DNA of 63,787 bases, the filler included, from Craspedostauros australis (lineage: Eukaryota): assembly GCA_030167865.1 (NCBI GenBank). It is 8 parts of 8 records of this genome, joined end to end, with 100 filler letters (N's around TTAATTAATTAA, not from the genome) between each part and the next. Parts side by side here need not be neighbours in the genome. Positions count along the whole stretch, not along the records: positions 28,258 to 53,133 come from JALAGF010001596.1; 7 more parts are not named here. The stretch is one strand, 5' to 3'. Shown in pieces: positions 33,799-43,803 of this stretch (positions within the stretch are counted from its first letter, which is position 1; the number at the start of each line of letters is the position of its first letter). A program made the translations under genes and the position numbers. The notes beneath the pieces are model-generated. The model searched no databases. It was not told the origin of the DNA and worked only from the letters and a program-made list of their open reading frames with translations.

Positions 33799-36429
33799 TC
33801 ATTCCAGTTTGATCCGCTTTGCTGGACGTGCTTCGCACAACCACGCAACGATGCCATCGTGGCCGTTTGCCTTCGCCACATCCGCCGCTGTTTCGCCTCT
33901 GTTGTTTCGGATGTCCAGGTCAGTCGCAGCAGCCTCTGCTTCGATCACCAGCTCCAACAACTCCTGCTCATTGTTTTCACTCGCTATGTGCAGCGCTGTG
34001 TTGCCATCATTGTTTCGAATCATCGCATTCGCTCCCTCCGATTCAATCAGGTACTTCGCCACCTCGAACAATCCTTTGTCGCACGCGCGATGCAATGGCG
34101 TGTCTCCATTCTTGTTCTGGATGTCAGCAGTTGGCTGTGCACATTTGAGTAAGCGATCCATGGCATCCCCGCAGGTGATGGTGCAACTCTCGTTGAGATT
34201 GCGGCTCGGCACGATCTCCTTTTGGAGTTGATCGAAGAGCTTGGTGAGCTTCATCGTGTGGTTGATCTTGAAGAGGTGGTCATCCTCGCGCGCGAGATGG
34301 AAGGGGGTGTCGCCTTCTTTGTTCTGGATGCTGACATCGAATATTCCTTGATGCGATTTGAGCAAGTATTTGAGGGCGCCTTGTTTGGAAGATTTGGTTG
34401 CGACATGCAGTGGCGTGTCTCCATTGCTGTTCTGGGCATTTAGACTCTCGGTCACTTGGCCCGATTCCAGCAGCTGCTCAACCACATCTGGCACGTTGTA
34501 CGAGGACGTGCATGCGCTGTGAAGCGGTGTGTTGCCGTCATGATCCGAAATGTTTGCGTCAACGTGCACCACATCAGATTCAAGCAAATCATTGACTGTC
34601 TCTCCGCTGCACCCAGCGCATGCGACATGGAAGATCGTCGTCCCTTCGTTGTTTTTTATCGTGCCGTCAATAGCAGTATCAGGGAAGGTTTCTTCAAGTA
34701 TCTCAAGGAAGGAGGCATCTCTGTCCATTTCGAAGGCAAAATGGAGTGGCGTGTTACCTGCATCATTTTGTTGAGTAATGCAAATGATGTCTTTGTACGA
34801 ATCGAAGAGAATCTCGCAGATATCGAGAGGCTCCTGGATACACGCGAGATGAAGAGGCGTGTTTCCTTCATCGTTTCTCTTGTTGACATCAACAGCCACC
34901 CGCCCTGACTCAACAAGGCATCTAACAAGCTCGATGTTTCCGTGGCTGCAAGCCATGTGCAGCGGCGTGTCACCCTCGTTGTTTTTCGTGTTGGCACCAA
35001 CGTCCACATCATCGAATCCGAGCAAATACTCCACCGTCTCGACTGAGTTATGGAAACATGCGACCCAGAGCGGCGTTTCCCCGTCTTCGTCTTTCACTGT
35101 GAGTGCATCTTCGATCGGAATCTCGAGATACCAGAAGGCGTGCAACAGTTGCACGCAGTTATGCTCGCATGCATAATGGATTGGTGTCTTGCCCTTGTCG
35201 TCTTGGACAGTGATATCGATGGCGCTTGGGTCCAACATAGCCAGGAGGATTGGCACTTCGAAATCAACATTCCAGCATGCGAAATGCAGTTGCGTTTGGC
35301 TGTACTTATTCCGTCTGTTGAGATCGATGGTCCCTTTGCCGGACATCAACATGTGTTCGAACAACTCTCTTGGGCCATTCTTGCAGATCGTGTCAAACGG
35401 TCTGTTACCACGATGCTCGCATTTGTCAAAATCAATCTGCAAGTGATCTGCCTTGAGCAAGAGCTTCACGATGCCAGAGCCATCCCTCCGCGCGGCAGCA
35501 GAATAAAACGGTGAGAATCCTTGCTTATCTTGAGTGTTGGCATCGATTTTCAAGCCATCTGCATCCACCAAACATCTCACCACGTCTTCACTCCCAAAGG
35601 CGCACGCAAGGTGGAACGGCGTCATGCCATGCACATCCTTCACTTGCATGACATCGTTGGCATGTTTTGTGTTGATCAAGTACTCCACCATATCCTTTTT
35701 GCCATCGCGACACGCGAGATGGAGCGCAGTGCGATCGTCTTTGTTCGTTGTATTGAATGTTTTGCCGGATGGGTCGGCATCCACAAAGCATTTCACCATG
35801 GAGAGCTGATGAGTGCTGCACGCGATATGGATCGGGAAATTTCCGTCTTCGTCCTTTTGAAACGCATAGGGGCAAAGTCGGCGTGCACGATACAGATACC
35901 TGATCACGTCAACATGCTGCCGTTGGCAGGCAATGTGAAATGGGGATAGACGACCGGATGTACGAATACGCCAACTGTTCGTGGTGTCGATCCTCAGTGA
36001 CTCAACCAAGTGCTTCATGAGGGCTTTGCTGCCGCCGTGGCAAGCGCAATGGAACAGGGTGTATTCGTCCTTGTCCACCACAGATGTATCAATGCGCTCT
36101 TTGTGGCATTTCATCAGATACTTCGCCACGGCCGTCCTTCCCCAGACGAATGCCATCATCAGCGGCGTTCTCTTGCGTGTGTTGGGGGCATTGATGTCAA
36201 CCTCCGTGGGATGTGACTCGAGCAAGTATTTGGCGACGGCGATGGATCCACCGACGCAGGCGCGATGGAGCGGCGTGTCACCATTTACATCTCGAATGCT
36301 GACGAGGAGGTCCAAGGGATCTGATTCAACCAACGATCGCACTTTTGGAAGATCGCCGCTTTCGCAAGCGCTGTGCATGGCACGGACGGCATCAGCCCCT
36401 CGTGTAACTCCATCCTGTACATCAACCAT
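33799..36429 (-). CDS. Long ankyrin-repeat protein (about 20 repeats)
   Basis: Recurrent G.TPLH.AC motifs at about 33-37 aa spacing over nearly the whole ORF; start placed at MVDVQDG. Confidence 0.92.
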   Translation of the reverse strand: MVDVQDGVTRGADAVRAMHSACESGDLPKVRSLVESDPLDLLVSIRDVNGDTPLHRACVGGSIAVAKYLLESHPTEVDINAPNTRKRTPLMMAFVWGRTAVAKYLMKCHKERIDTSVVDKDEYTLFHCACHGGSKALMKHLVESLRIDTTNSWRIRTSGRLSPFHIACQRQHVDVIRYLYRARRLCPYAFQKDEDGNFPIHIACSTHQLSMVKCFVDADPSGKTFNTTNKDDRTALHLACRDGKKDMVEYLINTKHANDVMQVKDVHGMTPFHLACAFGSEDVVRCLVDADGLKIDANTQDKQGFSPFYSAAARRDGSGIVKLLLKADHLQIDFDKCEHRGNRPFDTICKNGPRELFEHMLMSGKGTIDLNRRNKYSQTQLHFACWNVDFEVPILLAMLDPSAIDITVQDDKGKTPIHYACEHNCVQLLHAFWYLEIPIEDALTVKDEDGETPLWVACFHNSVETVEYLLGFDDVDVGANTKNNEGDTPLHMACSHGNIELVRCLVESGRVAVDVNKRNDEGNTPLHLACIQEPLDICEILFDSYKDIICITQQNDAGNTPLHFAFEMDRDASFLEILEETFPDTAIDGTIKNNEGTTIFHVACAGCSGETVNDLLESDVVHVDANISDHDGNTPLHSACTSSYNVPDVVEQLLESGQVTESLNAQNSNGDTPLHVATKSSKQGALKYLLKSHQGIFDVSIQNKEGDTPFHLAREDDHLFKINHTMKLTKLFDQLQKEIVPSRNLNESCTITCGDAMDRLLKCAQPTADIQNKNGDTPLHRACDKGLFEVAKYLIESEGANAMIRNNDGNTALHIASENNEQELLELVIEAEAAATDLDIRNNRGETAADVAKANGHDGIVAWLCEARPAKRIKLE

Positions 36430-37248
36430 GGTTGTTCGACGAGGTGGAAGCAAATGAGAAGTCGGTGGAAGGTCGATGAGAAACAACAGCGATGCTTCGC
36501 AAGTCAAGCAGGCTTCGGAGAATGACGATCCTGGTGATGATTTTGATACGGACAGTGGTTGAGGCGAATGTGTGATTGTCGAGACGAGCAGGTGGATGGA
36601 TGGATGGATGGATGTATCGCAGAGGTGATCTGGCTGCAATCGAGAGGTGTGATGTGATGGTTGCGGAAGCCACTTGCCGAGGACTGACACCACAGTTGCA
36701 ATTGGACACACAACCGTCCTCATGTGCTCATCTGCCCATCTACCCATGCGCCACCTTGCACCACCTTGTGCCAAAACCCGCCAGGCATCACCACGGTTCT
36801 CTTTTGTCGTGTTCGCGCCTTCTTTTTAGCGCTTTGGTAATGAACATCTCACTATTCGACCTTTGTTCAGGTTGAATTGTTAGTGTTCCGCCCGCACAGA
36901 TGGACCGGTTTTGACCACAAAACTCGCGCTTGGCTTTCCCAACCACGTTTTAATCACACGAGTCGACAGTTGGAAGACCTCGTACAATTTACTTGCGAGG
37001 TCTGTCCTTTCTTTGCCACATTTTTTCCAGCTCATTTTTGGACGACATCATCACGCAATCGTGTTGTGGTGGAGATTCGGTGGTCTTTTTTCGCGGACAA
37101 ATCTCCGTGACAACGACAACACACGGAAGGCTGCTATCTCCAGCCATCGGCATCATTGATGCCGCCGTCTTTACTCTCACAAGCACTGCTCTCGCCACCA
37201 TACGACTAGGTGCAAAAGTGCATATAGTACATTCAGCACTCGCCAAGG

Positions 37249-38940
37249 ATGAGCTCATCGGAACAAGCAGGACTGTCGGCGGCGTCCCCGCGCAACTTCA
37301 ACAGCATTTCTGACGCCGGGACGCAGACAAGCTTCGATCGTACTGATGCTGTCACAAGCAATGACCACCGCGAACATGATGGCCATCATGCCACGAACAA
37401 GGTCCACGACTTCGCCAACGGTCACGAGATCGACGTCGATGATGCCATCGAGATGATTGGTATGGGGCGCTTCCAGCTGTACGTGCTTTTCGCAGCTGGT
37501 CTGTGCTTTGTTTCGGACGGCATCGAAGTGATGCTGCTCTCCTTTCTGGGGGTGGTTCTGAGAGCCGAATGGGATCTCTCGGAGCGCGAGATGGACACAG
37601 TGATATCCATCGTCTTCGTCGGCGAGATCCTCGGAACGCTCTGCCTCGGACCGCTCGCCGATCGCATAGGCCGCAAGCCGATGTTCGTGGCAACCGCTTC
37701 GATCATCGCGGTGTTTGGACTTTTGACTGCCTTCGTCCAGACCATCGAGTGGTTCTACGTCGTCCGCTTCGTCGTTGGGTTTGGCGTGGGCGGATTGACG
37801 ATTCCATTCGACATGCTGGCGGAGTTCATCCCATCGTCCCATCGCGGAACGAACCTCCTCAACATCGAGTTCTTCTGGACGGCAGGATCTCTGCTCGTGC
37901 CCCTCCTCGCCAAGTGGACGATGGGCAACGGTGGCGACAACGCATGGAGATGGTTCGTCGGTTACTGCGCTATCCCTTGCATTATCTCAGTCATCATCGG
38001 GATCGCCTTCGTTCCCGAATCTCCTCGTTGGCTGCTGACGCAAGGTCGACAGGCGGAGGCCGTTGCCAATCTGAGACGCGCAGCCAACGTGAATGGCAAG
38101 GACGGCATGGCTCTGTTTCCAGATGGTGTCAAGATCACCCAAAGCGAAACGGAAGTGTCAGATGATGGAGCTTGCGCCAAGCTGCTGTCTCCCAAATGGT
38201 ACAGGATCACTCTGCGGCTTTGTACTGTGTTCTGTGGAGTCTTCTTCATGTACTATGGATCGATTCTTCTGCCCTCTGTGCTCTTTTCCACCATCGAGAC
38301 TTCGGAAGGTGAGAGCGATGCGCTTGCGAATGACGGAGATGGCGGTGGCGATGAGCGATCGTACGACTTTGATTACAACGCCATCTTCGTGAGCGGATCC
38401 TCGGAGGTGCTGGGGCTTTCTCTCGCTCTTGCATTCATCGACAGGTTGGGCAGGATCAAGACGCAAGTGATCGTGTACCTCGTTGGCGGAACGGCGGTCC
38501 TCATCCTGGGCTTCCTGTACGAATCAGGAAATGCTTCACGTAGCGTGTTGATCGGCTTCGCCTTTCTATCCCGCATGTTCATGATGGCAGGGAATTGCAC
38601 GGCGTGGGTGTCCATATCGGAGATCCTGACGACCGAAATCCGATCGACGGGACACAGTGCGGCTAACTCGGCGGCGCGCTTGGGCGCATTCTTCTCACCC
38701 TACATCGTGACGCCCGGAGTCCAGCCATCGCACATCGGCATCATCATGTTCGTTGTCAGCATCGTGACGGCGTACATCGTGTCAGGATTGCCGGAGACCA
38801 GCGGCAAGGCATTGGGAGGCGTCGTGAGCAGAAGGCCTGCGGCCAACCGAACGTACACGGAGATGGAGGATGCCTCCGTATCAAGCGGTGGCGATGGTCA
38901 ACCGGCAGAAAGCACAGGCATCTACTCCGCTCTGACTTAG
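37249..38940 (+). CDS. MFS transporter, SVOP/NiaP-like (paralogue 2)
   Basis: Same motif set (GPLADRIGRKP, VPESPRWL, EILTTEIRSTG); visibly similar to paralogue 1 at DNA level in the N-terminal half. Confidence 0.92.
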   Translation: MSSSEQAGLSAASPRNFNSISDAGTQTSFDRTDAVTSNDHREHDGHHATNKVHDFANGHEIDVDDAIEMIGMGRFQLYVLFAAGLCFVSDGIEVMLLSFLGVVLRAEWDLSEREMDTVISIVFVGEILGTLCLGPLADRIGRKPMFVATASIIAVFGLLTAFVQTIEWFYVVRFVVGFGVGGLTIPFDMLAEFIPSSHRGTNLLNIEFFWTAGSLLVPLLAKWTMGNGGDNAWRWFVGYCAIPCIISVIIGIAFVPESPRWLLTQGRQAEAVANLRRAANVNGKDGMALFPDGVKITQSETEVSDDGACAKLLSPKWYRITLRLCTVFCGVFFMYYGSILLPSVLFSTIETSEGESDALANDGDGGGDERSYDFDYNAIFVSGSSEVLGLSLALAFIDRLGRIKTQVIVYLVGGTAVLILGFLYESGNASRSVLIGFAFLSRMFMMAGNCTAWVSISEILTTEIRSTGHSAANSAARLGAFFSPYIVTPGVQPSHIGIIMFVVSIVTAYIVSGLPETSGKALGGVVSRRPAANRTYTEMEDASVSSGGDGQPAESTGIYSALT

Positions 38941-39440
38941 ATGAAACGAATATGGCAATCCGCAGCAGCAACACCAGAAGTGTACTTGATTGAGACACTC
39001 CTAGATGGTCCATCTATTTCGCTTGCTGTTGCTGTTGGTGGCATAGTTGTGCTTGCATGAGAATGTGCATTCTCGTGGTGTGGTGTGTGGGTGCACTTCC
39101 GTCAACCAAAATGTGAGGCATCGCAGATGTTTTGATCCAGCGGTGCCTGTTCCTGTCGCTCAGAGGCACGAACCACATCGCACGTGGTTCTCCAAACATG
39201 TTCGTTTCTGTGTTTGGTTGGATACGCTTGTCCCTGATGCCGAATTTGTCACATGAAGTTGTGCCACCACCAGACATCACAGAGAGAGGAACAAGCTTCA
39301 TGAAACAGCGGCGAGAAACAGAACAACCAGCAGCACCCACAGCTTCTTGTGTCCGTCTCTTTGTCTCTGTGTGTTGGCATCAATACAGTATAGGCGGCGA
39401 CGGCACAGCATGACAAACAACAGCTACAGCTATTGATGCA

Positions 39441-41063
39441 ATGGATCTGGACCATCAACCACTCGACGAGCAAGGAGCGTGTGGGAAAGGAGACTACCAA
39501 GACGAAGACCGCAGCGAACCAAGGCAAGGTTTCATCGTTAAGGAAGGCAGTGGTATCGACGCTGGCAATCACAACAGCGAACGTGCCAACGATGTGCATG
39601 GCAACAGACATGACGATGAACATGACGATGGAAATGACGACGATCTGGTCATGAACATCGATGATGCCGTTGAAGAGCTGGGAATGGGAAGGTTCCAATA
39701 TCAGATCCTGATCGCCGCCGGCCTCTGCTTCGCTGCGGATTCCATGGAGGTGTTGCTGCTCACTTTCCTATCCACTGTCTTGCAGGTGGAATGGGGCCTC
39801 ACCGATGACCAAACAGACGCGATGGTGTCGGTGGTCTTCGTCGGTGCGATGAGCGGCACTTTGGTGCTGGGACGGCTGGGCGACCAATTGGGGAGACGAC
39901 CCATCTTCATGGCCACATCCGCTATCATCGCGATGTTCGGGCTTGGAACGGCCTTTGCGACGTCCTACGCAGCCTTGCTGTTCGCAAGGTTCATGGTGGG
40001 GTTCGGGGTCGGCGGGTTGACGGTCCCCTTCGACACGCTCGCGGAACTGGTGCCGAGCAGCCACCGCGGCCGCAACCTGCTCTACATCGAGTTCTTTTGG
40101 ACGGGTGGAACTCTGCTGGTGCCATTGGTCGCACACGCGACGCTCGGCGAAGGCAGCGGTGGTTCGTGGCGGTCCTTCGTCACCATCTGCGCCATCCCGT
40201 GCGTCATTGCGACGCTGTTGGGCATTGTCTTGGTTCCCGAATCGCCGCGATGGCTGCTCACGCAAGGGCGTCACGATGCCGCTTTGAGGATACTGCGCGA
40301 GGCGGCCGCTCGGAATGGGAAGGATGCGTTCATCATCTTTCCGGATGGAATTAGATTGGAGATGGGCGATGATCACGAGGAAGTCACGAGCGTCGCTGAT
40401 CTGTTCTCGCCGCAATGGGCGAGCACGACAGCATTGCTGTGGATCGCTTGGTTCGGCCTGGCGTTTCTGTACTACGGTGCCATCATCCTTCTCTCCCTCG
40501 TTTTTTCCGCCGAGGAAGAATCGTCCGTCGATGACGTCCAGACAGAAACATACGAGTTTGACTACGTCGCCATCTTCATCAGCGGATCATCGGAGATTCC
40601 GGGCCTCTTTCTGGTGCTGCTCACCGTCGATCGGTTTGGACGCATCCCGTTGCAAGTCTTGAATTTCACTGCGGGCGGCATCGCCACGTTTGCCGTTGGG
40701 ACGCTGTCGTACTTCTCTGCGCCGAGGGCGTTGCTCATATTCCTGGGTTTCCTTTCGCGCATGTTCATGATGGCAGCGTCGTGCATGACGTGGGTCTTCA
40801 CACCGGAGCTGCTTCCCACGGAGATCCGATCGACGGGTCACAGCGCGGCGAACGCCATCGGTCGCATGGGCGCCGTCATCGCTCCCTTCATCATCAGCAA
40901 GGAAACCCCGACGCTCGTCATCAGCACCATCATGCTGGCGATCAGCATCGTGAGCTCTGTTGCGATCTCGAGGCTGCCCGAAACGGCCGGTCGGCAGTTG
41001 GGAAATGCCGGCACAGGAGGTATGCTCAAGGCGGAGCGCGTTCCCACGACCGAGTTGACGTGA
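39441..41063 (+). CDS. MFS transporter, SVOP/NiaP-like (paralogue 3)
   Basis: AADSMEVLLL, GDQLGRRP, VPESPRWL, DRFGR, TPELLPTEIRSTG. Confidence 0.92.
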   Translation: MDLDHQPLDEQGACGKGDYQDEDRSEPRQGFIVKEGSGIDAGNHNSERANDVHGNRHDDEHDDGNDDDLVMNIDDAVEELGMGRFQYQILIAAGLCFAADSMEVLLLTFLSTVLQVEWGLTDDQTDAMVSVVFVGAMSGTLVLGRLGDQLGRRPIFMATSAIIAMFGLGTAFATSYAALLFARFMVGFGVGGLTVPFDTLAELVPSSHRGRNLLYIEFFWTGGTLLVPLVAHATLGEGSGGSWRSFVTICAIPCVIATLLGIVLVPESPRWLLTQGRHDAALRILREAAARNGKDAFIIFPDGIRLEMGDDHEEVTSVADLFSPQWASTTALLWIAWFGLAFLYYGAIILLSLVFSAEEESSVDDVQTETYEFDYVAIFISGSSEIPGLFLVLLTVDRFGRIPLQVLNFTAGGIATFAVGTLSYFSAPRALLIFLGFLSRMFMMAASCMTWVFTPELLPTEIRSTGHSAANAIGRMGAVIAPFIISKETPTLVISTIMLAISIVSSVAISRLPETAGRQLGNAGTGGMLKAERVPTTELT

Positions 41064-41539
41064 GGCTTGACGGCTGTTTTTCAGTTCATGACATGTCGAT
41101 AGCTCCTCTGCAAGTGTTGGCGTGTGCGTGTGCAGTGCTGCAATTGGATCATGTCATTCTTCTCCCGCGAACAGCATAGAATAATAAGCGCAGATGATAC
41201 ATCGAATTGCAGTTGCTATTGTATCGTCTTAGATCTCTCTAGCGAGAGATAGAGAGAGAGCACATGATGTTAATTGTGACGTTGATTGATGGTGCGTACC
41301 TTGGATGTACGTGATAATGTTACGTTGTGAAGAATTGTGAGTTGACTGTGTCGCTTGACGCTTGATGTCTCGAATCGTGTGCATCAATGTGGCGGTCGTC
41401 GTTGACAATGAGTGTGATGCCGTGGAGTGGTTTGTAAGCGCGTCGCAGATCCCATTCTGATTCCGCTGCTGTTGGTTTTCGTCATCATTGCCAGTGCTTG
41501 CCAGTGCTTGCCGTTGTTGTTGATGAGGATGATGTTGAT

Positions 41540-43036
41540 TTATGGCACAACGTTGCCATTTTGCAAATCCTCACCAAAGTCTTCGTCGGCAGACGTGAAA
41601 GCTGAGAAGCACATGATGCCGCCCAGGACCAGCGCAGTGAAGACACCGCATCCCAAGACCACGGCCCGGTTGAAGCACGCCGTGCCTTGCTTCGCGAGCT
41701 TGGGATCGATGGGGAAGGATGGGATGCCTGGCACGAGAAAGCCGACTGGTGAGAGATGGTTGCTCTCAAGCAACGGCTCTTCGCGTTCTGGCCAGTCTGG
41801 TTGCTGTTCGCGGCGGAAGGAAACGAACAGAGATGCGATGAGTGTGATGGCGTACCACGCGCCAACGCAGAGGTTGACGTAGTCCTGGCTGCAGTGTTCG
41901 GAACCGATCACGAGGAACCGCTGGATGTCATCGTAGTCGGAGAGGATGAAGCATGCGGCGACCATCAACGCGATTCTGAGCACGCTCTCCATGGCGGCCT
42001 GGTCGCCGGCCTCGGCGGTGCGGTGACCCAGGAATGGCAGGGCCAATCCTGCGCCGACGGCAGCAAGGAAGGCCAGGGCCGGCTCGAAGGTTGCGCCGTT
42101 GGTCATTGGACGCCATTCGAGGAACCGCCATGCGCGTGCTCCCACATTGGCGAGCAGGGCCAGGCAGGTCATGGAGATCCCAATGGTGGTGAGGATCCAC
42201 TGCGTGTTGCCGGTGGCGACACCTCCCAAGGCCAAGCAGAGGAGGAGGATCTTCTTGATCCAATCTGACTCGGCGCCCGCCATGAGGTTGTAGGCCGACA
42301 GCGACGGCATGCCGCGCACGAACATGCCGACGTTGGTCCAGCTCATCCCGATCTCCTCGCTGAAGACGAGGCCCAAGATGAGACTGAGGTAGGCCGGTTG
42401 GAATCTGCTGGTGATGACGTCGGTGGATGTGGTGCACGCGAACGATCTGCAGAGGATGGTGAGCACGGAGAGGGCCTGAACGCAGGAGAAGGTGCTGATG
42501 TTGGACTCCCATGCACCGGCGCGCGAGATGGTGTGCTCCGGCAGCGTGAGGTTGAAGAAGCGACCTTCCTGATCGCGGTAGAGGAGGCACTTGGGCATGG
42601 TCTTGACGCACGTGGCAGGTCTCATGCGCTGTTCGTTGGTGATGTGGCGGATGACGTTCTGGATGCTGTCGATGATGTCGGTGTTGTTGATGGAGACCTT
42701 GCCGTCGATGATGAAGATCATGATGCCGGCATTCTTGAGGCTGTTGAGGATGGCGCCATGTCCGTTCTTGCGTCGGTTGGCGTTGTTGATCTCCTGCATG
42801 AGCAGCTCGCGTCTGTACGGCCTGCACAGCCAGTCACCGCCCAACCATGATGCCTCTTCGTTTGCCATGTCGTTGCTCTGAACAGGGCTGACGATGAGGA
42901 AGCTGGTTTCATAGCCGTCGCCTTCGGGATCATCGCTGTCGACCTTGCGGATGTCGACCTCTTCCAGGCCCGATTCTTCATCGGTGTCCTTGTACGACTT
43001 CCCGTACGCGTTGCTGTGCTGTGCGTTTCTTGGCAT
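41540..43036 (-). CDS. Uncharacterised multi-pass membrane protein
   Basis: About 500-aa ORF with strong C/G third-position bias, a soluble N-terminal part and about 7-9 hydrophobic segments; no family recognised. Confidence 0.75.
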   Translation of the reverse strand: MPRNAQHSNAYGKSYKDTDEESGLEEVDIRKVDSDDPEGDGYETSFLIVSPVQSNDMANEEASWLGGDWLCRPYRRELLMQEINNANRRKNGHGAILNSLKNAGIMIFIIDGKVSINNTDIIDSIQNVIRHITNEQRMRPATCVKTMPKCLLYRDQEGRFFNLTLPEHTISRAGAWESNISTFSCVQALSVLTILCRSFACTTSTDVITSRFQPAYLSLILGLVFSEEIGMSWTNVGMFVRGMPSLSAYNLMAGAESDWIKKILLLCLALGGVATGNTQWILTTIGISMTCLALLANVGARAWRFLEWRPMTNGATFEPALAFLAAVGAGLALPFLGHRTAEAGDQAAMESVLRIALMVAACFILSDYDDIQRFLVIGSEHCSQDYVNLCVGAWYAITLIASLFVSFRREQQPDWPEREEPLLESNHLSPVGFLVPGIPSFPIDPKLAKQGTACFNRAVVLGCGVFTALVLGGIMCFSAFTSADEDFGEDLQNGNVVP

Positions 43037-43803
43037 GGTTGCTGGTGTTGTTGCGAATGTTGCTGTTGCTATTTCTTTTGTGATGGATGGCAATTGGACT
43101 GGACGTATTTGGACGCGATGTTGTTACGAAAGTGTTGGAGTTGATTCGAATGTTATGAGATGCCGAAGGATATGGTACGAGACTTTTTACAGCACCCTGA
43201 TGCTTGGTGTCTTCCCCTTCATGCTATTCCGCTGATGTTGAATGAAGATGCTGCATCCGCTCCGATGCAAAGCACCTGTTGCTGTTGTTCTTGTTGATTA
43301 TCGATCATGGATTGTCGATTGTCGCGTGGTTGTGTGTGTGCTGTTGGCCTTGTGAGGGCGGTCCCAAATTGTGTGGCGAGATGGCGATCGCCAACTCTCA
43401 GCGCTTTTATTCATAATACTCATGTATGAATGTTGGGAAATATAGATCGTAACGTCCAGACACATGAATATCCACATGAAAAGGAGATGCGGACTCCGGA
43501 CAGACCGTGGATCCCGAATCACAAACCAACCCGAGTTTTTGCGTCCACAAAAGAAGCACGAAGAGGGATGATGAGAGGATGCGGCAATGATGATCACCAA
43601 TCCTCATGTCTCCGTCTCCACACAACAAGGTTTCATTCTGCTTCCACATCTTCCACTGTCATTGCATTGAGAGCAACTTCCACACCCACAGTTGCAGAGT
43701 ACCATCGCATCTATCATACTTGTGCATACCTCGCGACAATTGGCCAACAGCAGCCAACACACAAGGAACACACACTGCTTGAGCAAATCGCAACGACGGA
43801 AAG

